Positions 1 through 10,077 of a stretch of DNA of 56,543 bases are shown piece by piece. A program made the translations under genes and the position numbers. The notes beneath the pieces are model-generated. The model was not told where the DNA came from. It made no database searches and saw nothing but the letters and a program-made list of their open reading frames with translations. This DNA comes from an uncultured Negativicutes bacterium. GTDB lineage: Bacteria; Bacillota; Negativicutes; JBAXTZ01. Position 1 is the first letter of the stretch; each line of letters begins with the position of its first letter. Location of the stretch: positions 1 through 56,543 of the forward strand of contig CAVRJL010000003.1 of assembly GCA_963721525.1 (NCBI GenBank). The letters run 5' to 3'.

Positions 1-273
1 GAATAATTTATATTCAATCTTTTAACTATTTTATTTTTAAACGAATTATTAACTTCATTTTATTATTTATAACATTACATTAATAATTTTTAAAAATTAT
101 AACATTTCAAATTATTCGTACATATACAAATATGGATTCCACCTACACTTATCTGGCAATCTTTTCTAAATTTGTTTTTAGCTTGCCATCAGTAATAGCT
201 ATGTCTGAATATTTATTTAGAAATAAACGTCAAAACCTAATTCATTTAACTTTTTAGGAAACAATCACTCATT

Positions 274-828
274 TCAAAATTTTACTAAAGGAGCAGTCTG
301 TGTTCCTTCAGCTGTTTTAAAATATTGTTTGAAGTTAAATCCTAAAATTGCTGCAAATATATTAATAGGAAAAGATTTAATTTTAGAATTAAATATCTGC
401 ACGCTTTCGTTATAATCTTTACGTGTAACTGCCAGTCTATTTTCTGTTCCAGCAAGTTCATCTTGCAATTGTCTAAAGTTTACATCAGCCTTTAACTGAG
501 GATAATTTTCCGCTATCATAAGTAAGCGTCCTAAACCGATAGTTAAGTTTTTATTTGCTTCGGCTTTACTTGCCACTCCCTCTGCATTTAAAAGCTTGCT
601 ACGAGCATTAGCAACATCGCTAAAAATTTTTTGTTCGTGCGTTGAATATCCTTTAACCGTGTTTGCAATATTAGGTATTAGATCAGAACGTCGTTGTAAT
701 TGATTTTCTACCTGCGACCATTTACTATTAGTATCTTCATTTAGATCGATTAATGAATTATACGAAAAAATTACACTTAACGTAATTAATCCTATAATCG
801 CTAAAATTATAATCATTTTTTTATTCAT
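274..828 (-). CDS. lemA: LemA family protein
   Basis: N-terminal TM segment; motifs WSQVENQLQRRSDLIPN, ENYPQLKA, ELAGTENRLAVTRKDYNESV. Confidence 0.95.
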   Translation of the reverse strand: MNKKMIIILAIIGLITLSVIFSYNSLIDLNEDTNSKWSQVENQLQRRSDLIPNIANTVKGYSTHEQKIFSDVANARSKLLNAEGVASKAEANKNLTIGLGRLLMIAENYPQLKADVNFRQLQDELAGTENRLAVTRKDYNESVQIFNSKIKSFPINIFAAILGFNFKQYFKTAEGTQTAPLVKF

Positions 829-884
829 TTTAAATTCTCCTAAATAAAGGACATAAAATCCTAAATTTAATTAATTTATTAAAT

Positions 885-1634
885 TTACCAAGATCTATTT
901 GTTCCACCACCACCGCTTGATCCCCCACCAAGATTATCATGTCCTGAATCTCCAAATCCTCCGCCTTCGCCTCCGCCTCCGCGACGAAATAAAATAGAAA
1001 GTATTATTAAAGTTAAAGCTCCTCCTAAAAAAATCCAATCAAAAACTAACAACAATATTATAATACTACTGAAAATAAGCATTGTTAATATCGAGAAACC
1101 TTTACTTTCTACTGTCTTATTTTTATTTTCCCTAATAAATATTTTATATTCTTGCGCGACAATTTGCGATATCTCTTTATATCCTTGCCTTACAGCTGTA
1201 TCATATTGCTCTTGTTTTAAAGCAGGTACCATATATTCATCAATAATACGTCCGACTTTCCCATCTGGAAGCGCACCCTCTAATCCATAGCCAACTTCTA
1301 TTCTTGATTTACGTTCTTTTAATGCTAGAAGAATCAAAATACCGTTATTTTTTTCTTTATTTCCTATTCCCCAAGTTCGAAATACATCCAACGCATAATC
1401 ACTTTCATTTATTCCATTAAGTGAGGGAACTACAAGAACAACTATTTGTACGCCAGTTTTGAGATTAATTTCGTGACTTATAGAATTTATTTTCAGTTTT
1501 GTTCTGTCTGTAAGAACATTAGCTAAATCCTGGCAATAAATAGAAGTAAAGGGCTTGGGCGGTATAATTGCAAAACAACTTATAGACACTATACAAAAAA
1601 ATAATAATTCTAATAAAATTATTTTCTTAAGCAT
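885..1634 (-). CDS. TPM-domain protein (YgcG-like), LemA partner
   Basis: WGIGNKEKNNGILILLA..ERKSRIEVGYGLEGALPD, C-terminal TM and Gly-rich tail ending GGGSSGGGGTNRSW; adjacent to lemA. Confidence 0.92.
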   Translation of the reverse strand: MLKKIILLELLFFCIVSISCFAIIPPKPFTSIYCQDLANVLTDRTKLKINSISHEINLKTGVQIVVLVVPSLNGINESDYALDVFRTWGIGNKEKNNGILILLALKERKSRIEVGYGLEGALPDGKVGRIIDEYMVPALKQEQYDTAVRQGYKEISQIVAQEYKIFIRENKNKTVESKGFSILTMLIFSSIIILLLVFDWIFLGGALTLIILSILFRRGGGGEGGGFGDSGHDNLGGGSSGGGGTNRSW

Positions 1635-1750
1635 TTCTTTCTCAATTAATTTTTATTTATCATTATACCATAATTTTTTCTAAATGTTGATTTTAAACAT
1701 TGTAACCAATAATTGTTATATTCTTTATTTTAAGCCTATTTTTAAATAAA

Positions 1751-1776
1751 AAAGCAAGAGACGTTACTCTTGCTTT
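1751..1776 (-). terminator. Intrinsic terminator after rpsR
   Basis: AAAGCAAGAG-acgtta-CTCTTGCTTT hairpin with an A-run on its left (U-tract on the minus strand). Confidence 0.8.
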
Positions 1777-1795
1777 AAAAAATATTATAAATAAC

Positions 1796-2023
1796 TTATT
1801 CAGCTTGAAATACTAATAAAGCGATGTTTCGTGCTCTTTTTACTGCTATTTTTAACTCTCGTTGATGCTCATTACAGGTACCTGTCATACGACGCGGTAA
1901 AATTTTACCTCTTTCTGTTATTAAACGTTCTAATTTTTTATTGTCTTTATAATCAATTAAATCTTTATCTACACAAAATTGACAAACTTTTTTACGCGGT
2001 CTTCTATGCTTATAAACCTTCAT
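1796..2023 (-). CDS. rpsR: 30S ribosomal protein S18 (Zn-binding C+ form)
   Basis: [29 protein letters not shown]; rpsF-ssb-rpsR order. Confidence 0.98.
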   Translation of the reverse strand: MKVYKHRRPRKKVCQFCVDKDLIDYKDNKKLERLITERGKILPRRMTGTCNEHQRELKIAVKRARNIALLVFQAE

Positions 2024-2046
2024 ACATCCTCCATCTCATATTGTCT

Positions 2047-2448
2047 TTAAAAAGGAATTTCTTCATCAGGTAATATTTCTCCTAATTTACTATAGTTACT
2101 TTCATTTTGTTCGCTTATTTTAGAATCAGTATTTTCTGTAGTACGAGCTGATAAAAATTCTATATTTTGAGCAATTATTTCTGCTACCCGACGTTTTGCT
2201 CCTTCTTTTGTTTCAAAATCCCTTATTTGTAAACGTCCTTCAACCAAAATCCTTTTCCCTTTAATTAAGTTATTACCGCAAAGCTCCGCTAATTTTTCCC
2301 ATGTAACTATAGGAACAAAATCAGTTCGCTTATTTTCTCTAAACCCTGTATTGACCGCTATTGTAAATGTTGCAACGGCCTTACCAGTATTAGTATATCT
2401 AACTTCGGGATCACGAGTCATATTACCTACTAAAATTACTTTATTCAT
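2047..2448 (-). CDS. ssb: Single-stranded DNA-binding protein
   Basis: MNKVILVGNMTRDPEVRYT, VEGRLQ, acidic tail DEEIPF. Confidence 0.98.
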   Translation of the reverse strand: MNKVILVGNMTRDPEVRYTNTGKAVATFTIAVNTGFRENKRTDFVPIVTWEKLAELCGNNLIKGKRILVEGRLQIRDFETKEGAKRRVAEIIAQNIEFLSARTTENTDSKISEQNESNYSKLGEILPDEEIPF

Positions 2449-2475
2449 CTATTCCTCCAAAAAAATGATATTCAT

Positions 2476-2760
2476 TTATTTATCTAACTTAATAATTATA
2501 TATTTAAGAATATCATCAGTAATTTTTAAAACTCGTTCCAATTCAAAAACTGTTTTAGATTCGGTAGAAAAAGTTATTAACACATAAAATCCTTCTTTTT
2601 GCTTTTCAATCTCATACGCTAAACGACGTTTACCCCAACGATTAATATCTAATACTTCGGCATTATTATTTTGAAGCAATTGTTGAAATTTAACAATATT
2701 TTCTTCAATAATATTTTCCTCAAGTACTTTGACAATGAAAATTACTTCATATTTTTTCAC
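2476..2760 (-). CDS. rpsF: 30S ribosomal protein S6
   Basis: KKYEVIFI, WGKRRLAYEI; start moved to the GTG at 2760 because AGGAGGT lies just upstream. Confidence 0.97.
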   Translation of the reverse strand: MKKYEVIFIVKVLEENIIEENIVKFQQLLQNNNAEVLDINRWGKRRLAYEIEKQKEGFYVLITFSTESKTVFELERVLKITDDILKYIIIKLDK

Positions 2761-2764
2761 TATA

Positions 2765-2840
2765 TACCTCCTATGAATAGTCAACGAACACATATTTTCG
2801 TTGTTTAGTCCCTGTTCTTACCAGAAGCAGAGACTCAAAA
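2765..2840 (-). promoter_or_regulatory. Structured rpsF 5' leader (possible S6:S18 autoregulatory RNA)
   Basis: Hairpin AGTCTCTGCTTCT-ggta-AGAACAGGGACT and second stem CAACGAA...TTCGTTG before the SD; position matches the known S6:S18 leader, but the conserved CCR motif is not obvious. Confidence 0.4.
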
Positions 2841-2858
2841 TCTCTTAAAATCTTTTAA

Positions 2859-2887
2859 ATTTTAACTTATTTCTTGAGTTTTAGCAA
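2859..2887 (-). promoter_or_regulatory. SigmaA-type promoter for the rpsF operon
   Basis: TTGCTA-17nt-TAAAAT on the minus strand. Confidence 0.6.
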
Positions 2888-3023
2888 TTTATTCTTTTCT
2901 CCAACATTTTAAAAAAAGCATTGCACTAATAAAATTACTATTCAAAATATATTTTCCATATTTTTAGATAAAAATTTTAAATTATATGAACGTGTTTCTC
3001 AATTTATCTCTTCGATTGTCCCA

Positions 3024-3049
3024 TAATAATTGCTTCTAATAATTGCTTC
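3024..3049. repeat. Tandem duplication, 13 bp x2
   Basis: TAATAATTGCTTC twice. Confidence 0.85.
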
Positions 3050-3872
3050 TCCATTTTATATATGCAATGCTATTATTTCTAATATACCGTTTATATTTTT
3101 TGTAAAAGCTTTTAATTAACGCTAGACGATATAATCTTTAAAGTAGCCATAAATATTAAGCTTATTTTTTAAAATAAGCATTATTTGCGAAGAATAATTT
3201 TTACAGGTAAATTGTTTAATTAAAAATTTTTCGAAATCAGAATTATTCACATTATACATTATGATATTTATTCATTATGTAAAAATTTTATTTCTAATAC
3301 GAAATACACAATAGATAAATCATGTTATTATTAAATTTGCTTTTTAAGTTTTTTAACTCTTATCCTTCTTACTAACTGAAAAAATTTGTAATGCCTCTTA
3401 AATATTTGCATTTTTAAAATTATCAATAATATTAAATTGCGCGTGAATTTAAAGATTTTTCTATATATTTCACTAACGAATCACACAATTTTAAAACCTT
3501 TATCTTCCAATTAATAACGCTTAACATTTTTTCTATATTATTTGCATTGCGAACACACTATATTGTCAAATAAAACTCTTACCTCTTTAATTTATTTTAC
3601 TTAATAAAGCAGGTAACATTATCTTATACAATTCGTTAAATTCATAGAAATTTTGGTAGTAGAATTAGTATCTGAACAAAGTAAAATATATTTATTTTTA
3701 TATATTCATACTTGACTATTATTACTTTACGTAATTATGAAAAAATTAACAGATTTTGCTTCAACTTTATCAAGTACTATTTTTTATCTCATCTTCAAGT
3801 ATATATCATCTGCTTTCATTTGTATAGCTTGCAAATTTATTGTTTATTTTTCTAATTTAATGTAGGCTAAAA

Positions 3873-3908
3873 ATTAGTTTTTATATACTTATTAGTTTTT
3901 ATATACTT
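3873..3908. repeat. Tandem duplication, 18 bp x2
   Basis: ATTAGTTTTTATATACTT twice. Confidence 0.9.
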
Positions 3909-4256
3909 ATTTGTATATATTTCTTTATCATAAAAATCACTTATCCAAAGTAATTAACATTGATTAAAAAGCTCTTCTGTCACAAACATACTTTTCATCT
4001 TCAAAAGTTGATTTTTATCATTATATCTTTAACAAGTCGTCAACATTAACTACTAACCTATTTTTTCTTCAATAATTATTTCTGATAATACTCATATTTT
4101 TGTCTCTAACATAGGTTTATAGGTTCGCTCGATTATATTCTAGCTATTAATATATACCATGGCTTTTTAATATAAGTAGTATAACCATATAATCCTTTTT
4201 TTATGGACATTGCTACAGATAGAGCATATACAATATCTCTAATTAAACTAAATTTA

Positions 4257-4321
4257 ATAATTAATAAGGTTAAGAGTTCTTACTAACAAAATTAGTAAGA
4301 ACTCTTAACCTTATTAATTAT
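4257..4321. repeat. Perfect 30-bp inverted repeat with 5-nt loop, overlapping the rfaE2 3' end
   Basis: ATAATTAATAAGGTTAAGAGTTCTTACTAA-caaaa-TTAGTAAGAACTCTTAACCTTATTAATTAT. Confidence 0.95.
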
Positions 4322-4762
4322 ATTCGTAGTTGATCTTCCCTTTAGCAAAGGAACAAAGATTATTTTTCCTCCATATGTTTCTACTTCTTTTTTTTCTGGA
4401 AAATTCTTAGTTATATAATCTGCACCTTTAACATAAATATTCGGTTTTATTTGTTTAATAAGATTTAAGGGATTGTCTTCAGAAAAAAAAATAATAAAAT
4501 CAACCGAATATAACCCTGCTAATACTTCAGCGCGATCATACTCATTATTTATTGGACGCGTTTCTCCTTTTAACTTTTTAACCGAATTATCATTATTTAA
4601 ACCAATAATCAATACATCCCCATAACTTTTCGCACTATTAAGATAGTTTACATGTCCTGCATGGACAATATCAAAACAACCATTAGTAAATACAATTATT
4701 TTACCTTTTCTATTGAATTTTTCTTGAAACGTTTTTATTGTTTCAATGCTAACTAATTTCAT
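4292..4762 (-). CDS. rfaE2: D-glycero-beta-D-manno-heptose 1-phosphate adenylyltransferase (HldE domain II)
   Basis: VFTNGCFDIVHAGHV, GLNNDNSVKKLKGETRPIN, YVKGADY, GRSTTNII. Confidence 0.95.
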   Translation of the reverse strand: MKLVSIETIKTFQEKFNRKGKIIVFTNGCFDIVHAGHVNYLNSAKSYGDVLIIGLNNDNSVKKLKGETRPINNEYDRAEVLAGLYSVDFIIFFSEDNPLNLIKQIKPNIYVKGADYITKNFPEKKEVETYGGKIIFVPLLKGRSTTNIINKVKSSY

Positions 4763-4784
4763 GTTTTTTACTCATATTTATTTT

Positions 4785-5197
4785 AAATTTGAATCAATAA
4801 AATATTCTTTAAGCGCATGTTAACAATTTTGAAGTTGACAATATTGCATGAGATTTTTTATAGTTATTCGAAATATATAATTATCTAAAACAGAAAAAGC
4901 AGGTCATTTAACGATAAGCGAATAATCAATTTTCTTATATATTTAAAATAATTTAACTATATTGAGTAAAAACAGATCTTATTTTAACTAAACCTCATCT
5001 ACAACTTTTATAATAATAACAGCATTCAATATTTCATATTTATTAAAAGATGATATCTTATCAATTGTAGGGATATTAATAATATTGTGTTTCCTAAATT
5101 TCTCTTTTAAAATTTCCACAATAACTTTATTTCTATATGTTTAGCTAAATTATGTCCTATAGCCAGCTCTTGTTACTATTAGTTTAATTTTGCACAT
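4785..5197 (-). pseudogene. rfbD: dTDP-4-dehydrorhamnose reductase relic
   Basis: Minus-strand fragments [26 protein letters not shown] and K*PAFSVLDNYIFRIT...ALKEYF match the RfbD N-terminus, TxVDxAE and RPxYSVLD...ALxEY motifs; stops and a large internal deletion. Confidence 0.75.
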
Positions 5198-6470
5198 TGC
5201 CCTTTATTACGGCTACGTCAATATATTTTCTCAATACTTTAGGTACAACAACAGATCCATCTTCTTGCTGGTAATTCTCTAAAATAGCTGCCAATGTCCT
5301 GCCAACTGCTAACCCTGATCCATTTAAAGTGTGTAAAAATTCAGCTTTACTTTTATTATTTTTTTTAAATCTCGTATTCATTCTACGAGCTTGAAAATCC
5401 TCAAAATTTGAACAAGAAGATACTTCTCTATATACACCAAAACTAGGAAACCAAGCCTCTAAATCATATGTTTTCGTCGAACAAAAACCCATATTACCTG
5501 TACATAACAACATCCTGCGATATGGCAGGTTCAATATTTCTAGTATTTTTTCAGCATCTTTAGTCAATGATTCTAATTCATTATATGATTTTTCTGGAAC
5601 GGTGAATTTTACCAATTCTACTTTATCAAATTGATGCTGCCTCATTAATCCGCGAGTATCTTTACCAGCTGCACCCGCTTCTGCCCTAAAACAAGCACTA
5701 TAAGCACAATATTTTATTGGTAATTTTTCTACAGATACAATTTCTTCACGATGAAAATTCGTTATCGGAACTTCTGCCGTAGGAATAAGATAATAATCTG
5801 TATCTTCTAATTTAAATAAATTTCCTATATCAAATTTAGGCAATTGACCTGTACCATAAAGGCTTTTTTTATTAACAATATAAGGAGGTAAAATTTCAAT
5901 ATATCCATTTTCCTTACTATGAAAGTCTAACATAAAATTTATTAAAGCACGCTCAAGTTTTGCACCTAACCCTGTATAAAAAGCAAATCGAGCACCTGCA
6001 ACTTTACTTGCTTGCTCAAATGAAATTATGCCGAGTTTTTCACCAAGTTCCCAATGAGGTTTAGGAAAAAATTCAAATTGACGTACCTCCCCAAACCTTT
6101 TTATTTCTATATTACTTATCTCATTTTTTCCTACAGGTACTGATAAATGCGGCACATTTGGTATTGTTAATAAAACATTTTTTAATTTTATATCTAAAAA
6201 ATTTATTTCTTCATTTAACTGTGATATTTTTTCTCCCACTAATCGCATATTTTTAATTTTTTTTATAGTATTGATTTCTTCTTTTCTTTTCTTACTTATT
6301 TCAGTGGATACTAAGTTCTTTTTTGCTTTTAATTCTTCTGCTTGTTGTAGTAACTTTCGACGTTTTTTATCTAACTCTATTACAATATCTAAATCGATAT
6401 CTATATTTCTCTTTAAATTAGATTCTTTTACCTTGTATGTATACTCTCTAATTAACTTTATATCTAACAT
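5184..6470 (-). CDS. serS: Serine--tRNA ligase
   Basis: [61 protein letters not shown]. Confidence 0.99.
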   Translation of the reverse strand: MLDIKLIREYTYKVKESNLKRNIDIDLDIVIELDKKRRKLLQQAEELKAKKNLVSTEISKKRKEEINTIKKIKNMRLVGEKISQLNEEINFLDIKLKNVLLTIPNVPHLSVPVGKNEISNIEIKRFGEVRQFEFFPKPHWELGEKLGIISFEQASKVAGARFAFYTGLGAKLERALINFMLDFHSKENGYIEILPPYIVNKKSLYGTGQLPKFDIGNLFKLEDTDYYLIPTAEVPITNFHREEIVSVEKLPIKYCAYSACFRAEAGAAGKDTRGLMRQHQFDKVELVKFTVPEKSYNELESLTKDAEKILEILNLPYRRMLLCTGNMGFCSTKTYDLEAWFPSFGVYREVSSCSNFEDFQARRMNTRFKKNNKSKAEFLHTLNGSGLAVGRTLAAILENYQQEDGSVVVPKVLRKYIDVAVIKGNVQN

Positions 6471-6504
6471 AATATCCTTTTTCTAGCAACCATACTTCTA
6501 TAAC

Positions 6505-6533
6505 AGTATATAATATTGTATTATAATTTACAA
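6505..6533 (-). promoter_or_regulatory. SigmaA-type promoter for serS
   Basis: TTGTAA-17nt-TATACT about 35 nt upstream of the ATG. Confidence 0.5.
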
Positions 6534-6647
6534 TAATAACGCTTATAATTATACATAAAGATTTTAAATCTTTGAAAAAAGAAAGCTTTGAAAAAAGAAA
6601 GCATAGAATAATTTTATTATTTTTATAACTCTTATTATATAAAAAAG

Positions 6648-6674
6648 AAGCGTTTAGAAATTTCCTAAACGCTT
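6648..6674 (-). terminator. Intrinsic terminator of the tRNA pair
   Basis: AAGCGTTTAG-aaatttc-CTAAACGCTT followed by a U-run on the minus strand. Confidence 0.8.
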
Positions 6675-6685
6675 TTATTTTTATT

Positions 6686-6762
6686 TGGCCTGCCCGGAAG
6701 GATTTGAACCTCCGACCTTTTGGTTCGTAGCCAAACATTCTATCCAGCTGAACTACGGGCAG
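6686..6762 (-). tRNA. tRNA-Arg (ACG)
   Basis: CTGCCCG/CGGGCAG acceptor stem, anticodon arm TTTGG-CT-ACG-AA-CCAAA, T-loop GTTCAAATC, encoded CCA. Confidence 0.96.
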
Positions 6763-6777
6763 TAACACTTGGCAACT

Positions 6778-6854
6778 TGGCCCGCCCGGGAGGACTCGAA
6801 CCCCCAACCATTTGGTTCGAAGCCAACAACTCTATCCAATTGAGCTACGGGCGG
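6778..6854 (-). tRNA. tRNA-Arg (TCG)
   Basis: CCGCCCG/CGGGCGG acceptor stem, anticodon arm TTGG-CT-TCG-AA-CCAA, GTTCGAGTC, encoded CCA. Confidence 0.95.
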
Positions 6855-7317
6855 ATTAATATCGGATGCAATGTTATCATAATTTTGAACTAAATGCAAC
6901 CCTAAAAGTTTTCAACATTTCAATTCTTTTTTTTAGAGTTTTTCATATTGTTATTTAGTTATGCTAGAATCACGTGGAATATTAAAATTTCCACATATAT
7001 CATGATCATTTTTTATACATTAAAATAATTTATGTAAATTCTAATTATAATATATAGGCTATATATCTCATAAAAGCTTCCTCCCTGTTGAATTTTTACT
7101 TGTATTTATTTTTTTGCCTTTTAATTTTTATAATTCGTATGTTTAAATATTTTATTAACAATAGAACTATAAACTAAATATACATTCTTAATTATTTATT
7201 GGATTAAGTTATCTCAAAGATGCTAATATTATTTTAACGGAAATATTCTTTTAAACACTCCTGTTAAATTTTCCCTGTGTTAATCTAACTGATATATTTA
7301 CTTAGAAACATAAATAA

Positions 7318-8961
7318 TCATACTATTCTTTTTTTTAAGCTTATAATTCTATTAAATATTAAATTATCATTACTTGATGTATAATCTTGCCAAAAATACC
7401 CTTGCCTTAAAAATTGATATTTAACATCTCTATTCAACTTTAACACAATAGGCTCCAACTTAATTCCTTTTATAATTATAAGTGAATTCGGATTTATTAA
7501 TTTTAAAAAATTTACTTTATTTTTATATGATTCACTTAATAAATGGTCGTATATTTTTACCTCAGCTTCAACTGCTGTTTTACAATCTACCCAATGTATT
7601 GCACATTTACATTTTATACCAGATTTATCCTGACCACTTTTCGATTCAGGATAATATTCACAGTGTAGCTCTATAATCTTACCTGTAGTATCTTTAATCG
7701 CATTAATACACTTTATAATGTATCCATATTTTAAGCGAACATACCTTCCTATAGTCAGTCTATGATATTTAGGAGGTGGATTTTCCATGAAATCTTCTCT
7801 TTCTATATACAGTTCACGACTAAAGTTGATTGTTCTTTGTCTACCATTATCATGCATTAGATTATTCTCTACTATTAAATTTTCTTTCTCTTTATCATAA
7901 TTTACGATAATAATTTTTAACGGATTCAATACTGCCATAATTCTTTGCGCCATTTTATTTAATTCATCTCGTACACATGTTTCAAGATATTCTATTTCTA
8001 TAACGCTATTTGCTTTCGCTATACCAGTAAGCGCGCATAATTTACGTATAGAGTTTGCCGGATATCCTCTTCTTCTTGCTCCTGAAATAGTAGGCATTCT
8101 AGGATCGTCCCAACCAGTAACAATCTTTTTTTCAACTAACTGGCTCAATAACCTTTTAGACATTACTGTTTTAGTAAAATTCAATCTTGCAAATTCTATT
8201 TGTACAGGGCGTGGTTTTAGTATATCTAATTCTTGTAAAAACCAATTATATAAAGGACGATGATCTTCAAATTCCAAAGTACAAATAGAATGAGTTATTC
8301 CTTCAATTGAATCTGATAAAGGATGAGCAAAATCGTACAAGGGATATATGTACCATTGGTTTCCTGTAGTATGATGTTTCCCACGAATTATCCTATAAAT
8401 CAAAGGATCTCTCATGTTAATATTAGGTGATCCCATATCTATCTTAGCTCTTAAACAACAAAAACCATCCGGAAATACACCTTTGCGCATTTTACGAAAT
8501 AAGTCTAAATTTTCTTCTATAGTTCTATTTCTATAAGGACTTTCTTTTCCAGGAGTATTTAAAGTTCCCCTATAATTGCGTATTTCATTAGCTGTTAAGT
8601 CACAAACATAGGCTTTTCTTTTTTTTATTAATTTTTCTGCGTATAAATATAATTTATTAAAATATTGTGACGCATAACATTCATTATCCCATTTATATCC
8701 TAACCAACTTATATCTTCTTTTATACTATTTATATATTTTATATTTTCTTTTTCTGGGTTAGTATCGTCAAAACGCAAGTTACAATTTCCTGCATATTTT
8801 TCCTTTATTCCAAAATTAATCCAAATAGATTTTGCATGTCCTATATGTAAATATCCGTTTGGTTCAGGTGGAAACCGTGTTATTATGTTTTTATATTTTC
8901 CATCCTTTAAATCGTTATTAATTATATCTTCGATAAAATTATTACTCTCTTTTAATTCCAT
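7318..8961 (-). CDS. glnS: Glutamine--tRNA ligase
   Basis: TRFPPEPNGYLHIGHAK, CTLEFEDHRPLY, MSKR, GWDDPRMPT, YQFLRQGYF; probable start MELKES at 8961 behind GAAAGG. Confidence 0.97.
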   Translation of the reverse strand: MELKESNNFIEDIINNDLKDGKYKNIITRFPPEPNGYLHIGHAKSIWINFGIKEKYAGNCNLRFDDTNPEKENIKYINSIKEDISWLGYKWDNECYASQYFNKLYLYAEKLIKKRKAYVCDLTANEIRNYRGTLNTPGKESPYRNRTIEENLDLFRKMRKGVFPDGFCCLRAKIDMGSPNINMRDPLIYRIIRGKHHTTGNQWYIYPLYDFAHPLSDSIEGITHSICTLEFEDHRPLYNWFLQELDILKPRPVQIEFARLNFTKTVMSKRLLSQLVEKKIVTGWDDPRMPTISGARRRGYPANSIRKLCALTGIAKANSVIEIEYLETCVRDELNKMAQRIMAVLNPLKIIIVNYDKEKENLIVENNLMHDNGRQRTINFSRELYIEREDFMENPPPKYHRLTIGRYVRLKYGYIIKCINAIKDTTGKIIELHCEYYPESKSGQDKSGIKCKCAIHWVDCKTAVEAEVKIYDHLLSESYKNKVNFLKLINPNSLIIIKGIKLEPIVLKLNRDVKYQFLRQGYFWQDYTSSNDNLIFNRIISLKKRIV

Positions 8962-9146
8962 ATATTTGCCTTTCAATTTTAAGGATACTTGAGAATGTAA
9001 ATAAATAATAAAATGATAACTCCGTACCTCAATTATGTCCATATTTTTATAACTTATCTGCAAAAATAATAGAAGAGGACGTATTTTTATAACAAGGATA
9101 TATATAAATAAGGATAAATAATATACTTAGAATTATAAATAACAAT

Positions 9147-9821
9147 TTATTTTTTACAAATTAACATTAACCCGTCTGAAATAGGTAAAATATTACTTTC
9201 TACACGACTATCATTAAAGATTTTACGGTTGAAATTTCTTAAATTTACAGAAAACTTTTCTTTGTTGTTATTATCAGCAACACATCCTTTCCATAAAACA
9301 TTATCTGCGATAATAAGCCCTCCTGGCCGTATTAGATCAAAACAATATTCATAATATAGGCCGTAATTTTCTTTATCGGCATCAATAAAAGCAAAATCAA
9401 AAAAACCTTTTTTCCCTTTTTTTAATAATTGTAGCAATGTATTTTCGGCAGGTGCAATTTCAAGCTCGATTTTATAATCAACTCCTGCCTCCTTCCAAAA
9501 ATCAAGAGCGATCTTAGAGGTTTCTTTACGAATATCGCATGCTATGAGTTTCCCGTTTTCAGGTAAAGCTAGAGCAATAGCAAGAGAACTATAACCAGTA
9601 AAAACTCCTATTTCCAAAGCGTTTTTTACTTTAATTAATTTGATCAACCACGATAAAAAACTACCCTGAATAGGAGTTATCTGACATTTTTTATATTTAT
9701 TTTTACTGTTTATTTCTCTTATTTTTTTTTGAACAGGATGTTCGTTTACAGAATAATTCAGTAAATATTGTTCTATTAACTCATTAAAAAACGAAATTTT
9801 TTTATTCATTATATTTCTCAT
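9147..9821 (-). CDS. Class I SAM-dependent O-methyltransferase (caffeoyl-CoA OMT / Methyltransf_3-like)
   Basis: LEIGVFTGYSSL, IACD, FDFAFIDADK, GGLIIADNVLW, LPISDGL. Confidence 0.9.
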   Translation of the reverse strand: MRNIMNKKISFFNELIEQYLLNYSVNEHPVQKKIREINSKNKYKKCQITPIQGSFLSWLIKLIKVKNALEIGVFTGYSSLAIALALPENGKLIACDIRKETSKIALDFWKEAGVDYKIELEIAPAENTLLQLLKKGKKGFFDFAFIDADKENYGLYYEYCFDLIRPGGLIIADNVLWKGCVADNNNKEKFSVNLRNFNRKIFNDSRVESNILPISDGLMLICKK

Positions 9822-10070
9822 CTATTTTTTTGAAATAAAATGTTATCCTACGATTTAGATCCTTGCCTTTACTAAAATTTCTAACATCATTATTACGTTG
9901 TGAAGTAAAAAGAATAATACGATACTCATAAGCTGTCATCGGGCCTACGCTAATTCTCTTACCTGAATTTTTCATTTTATTTATCATATTTAAAGCTAGG
10001 TTTTTAATTAATATCTGTTCTTTTTTTTGCTAACCTACTAATTTTAAATAAAAATTCGAAAATATAGATA
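9802..10070 (-). pseudogene. jag: Truncated Jag/KhpB (EloR); only a degenerate R3H part remains
   Basis: Directly after yidC; KKEQILIKNLALNMINKMKNSGKRISVGPMTAYEYRIIL...SKGKDLNRRI resembles the Jag R3H domain with its His lost; Jag_N and KH domains absent. Confidence 0.85.
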
Positions 10071-10077
10071 CTTAGTT

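Larger units (their letters stand above)
2890..4250 (-). pseudogene. Heavily eroded gene debris (possibly MscS-, YkuS- and CvpA-like relics)
   Basis: 1.35 kb with no intact ORF; fragments GEAIIRSNYYGTIEEIN* (MscS-like) and NVKRY*LEDKGFKIV (YkuS-like); such genes often precede rpsF in Clostridia/Negativicutes; weak matches. Confidence 0.3.

Noticed and set aside
1-270. Gene remnant downstream of lemA
   Set aside because: No intact ORF or recognisable motif; truncated by the window edge
6448-6807. 119-aa minus-strand ORF
   Set aside because: Reads through two tRNA genes and a terminator; spurious
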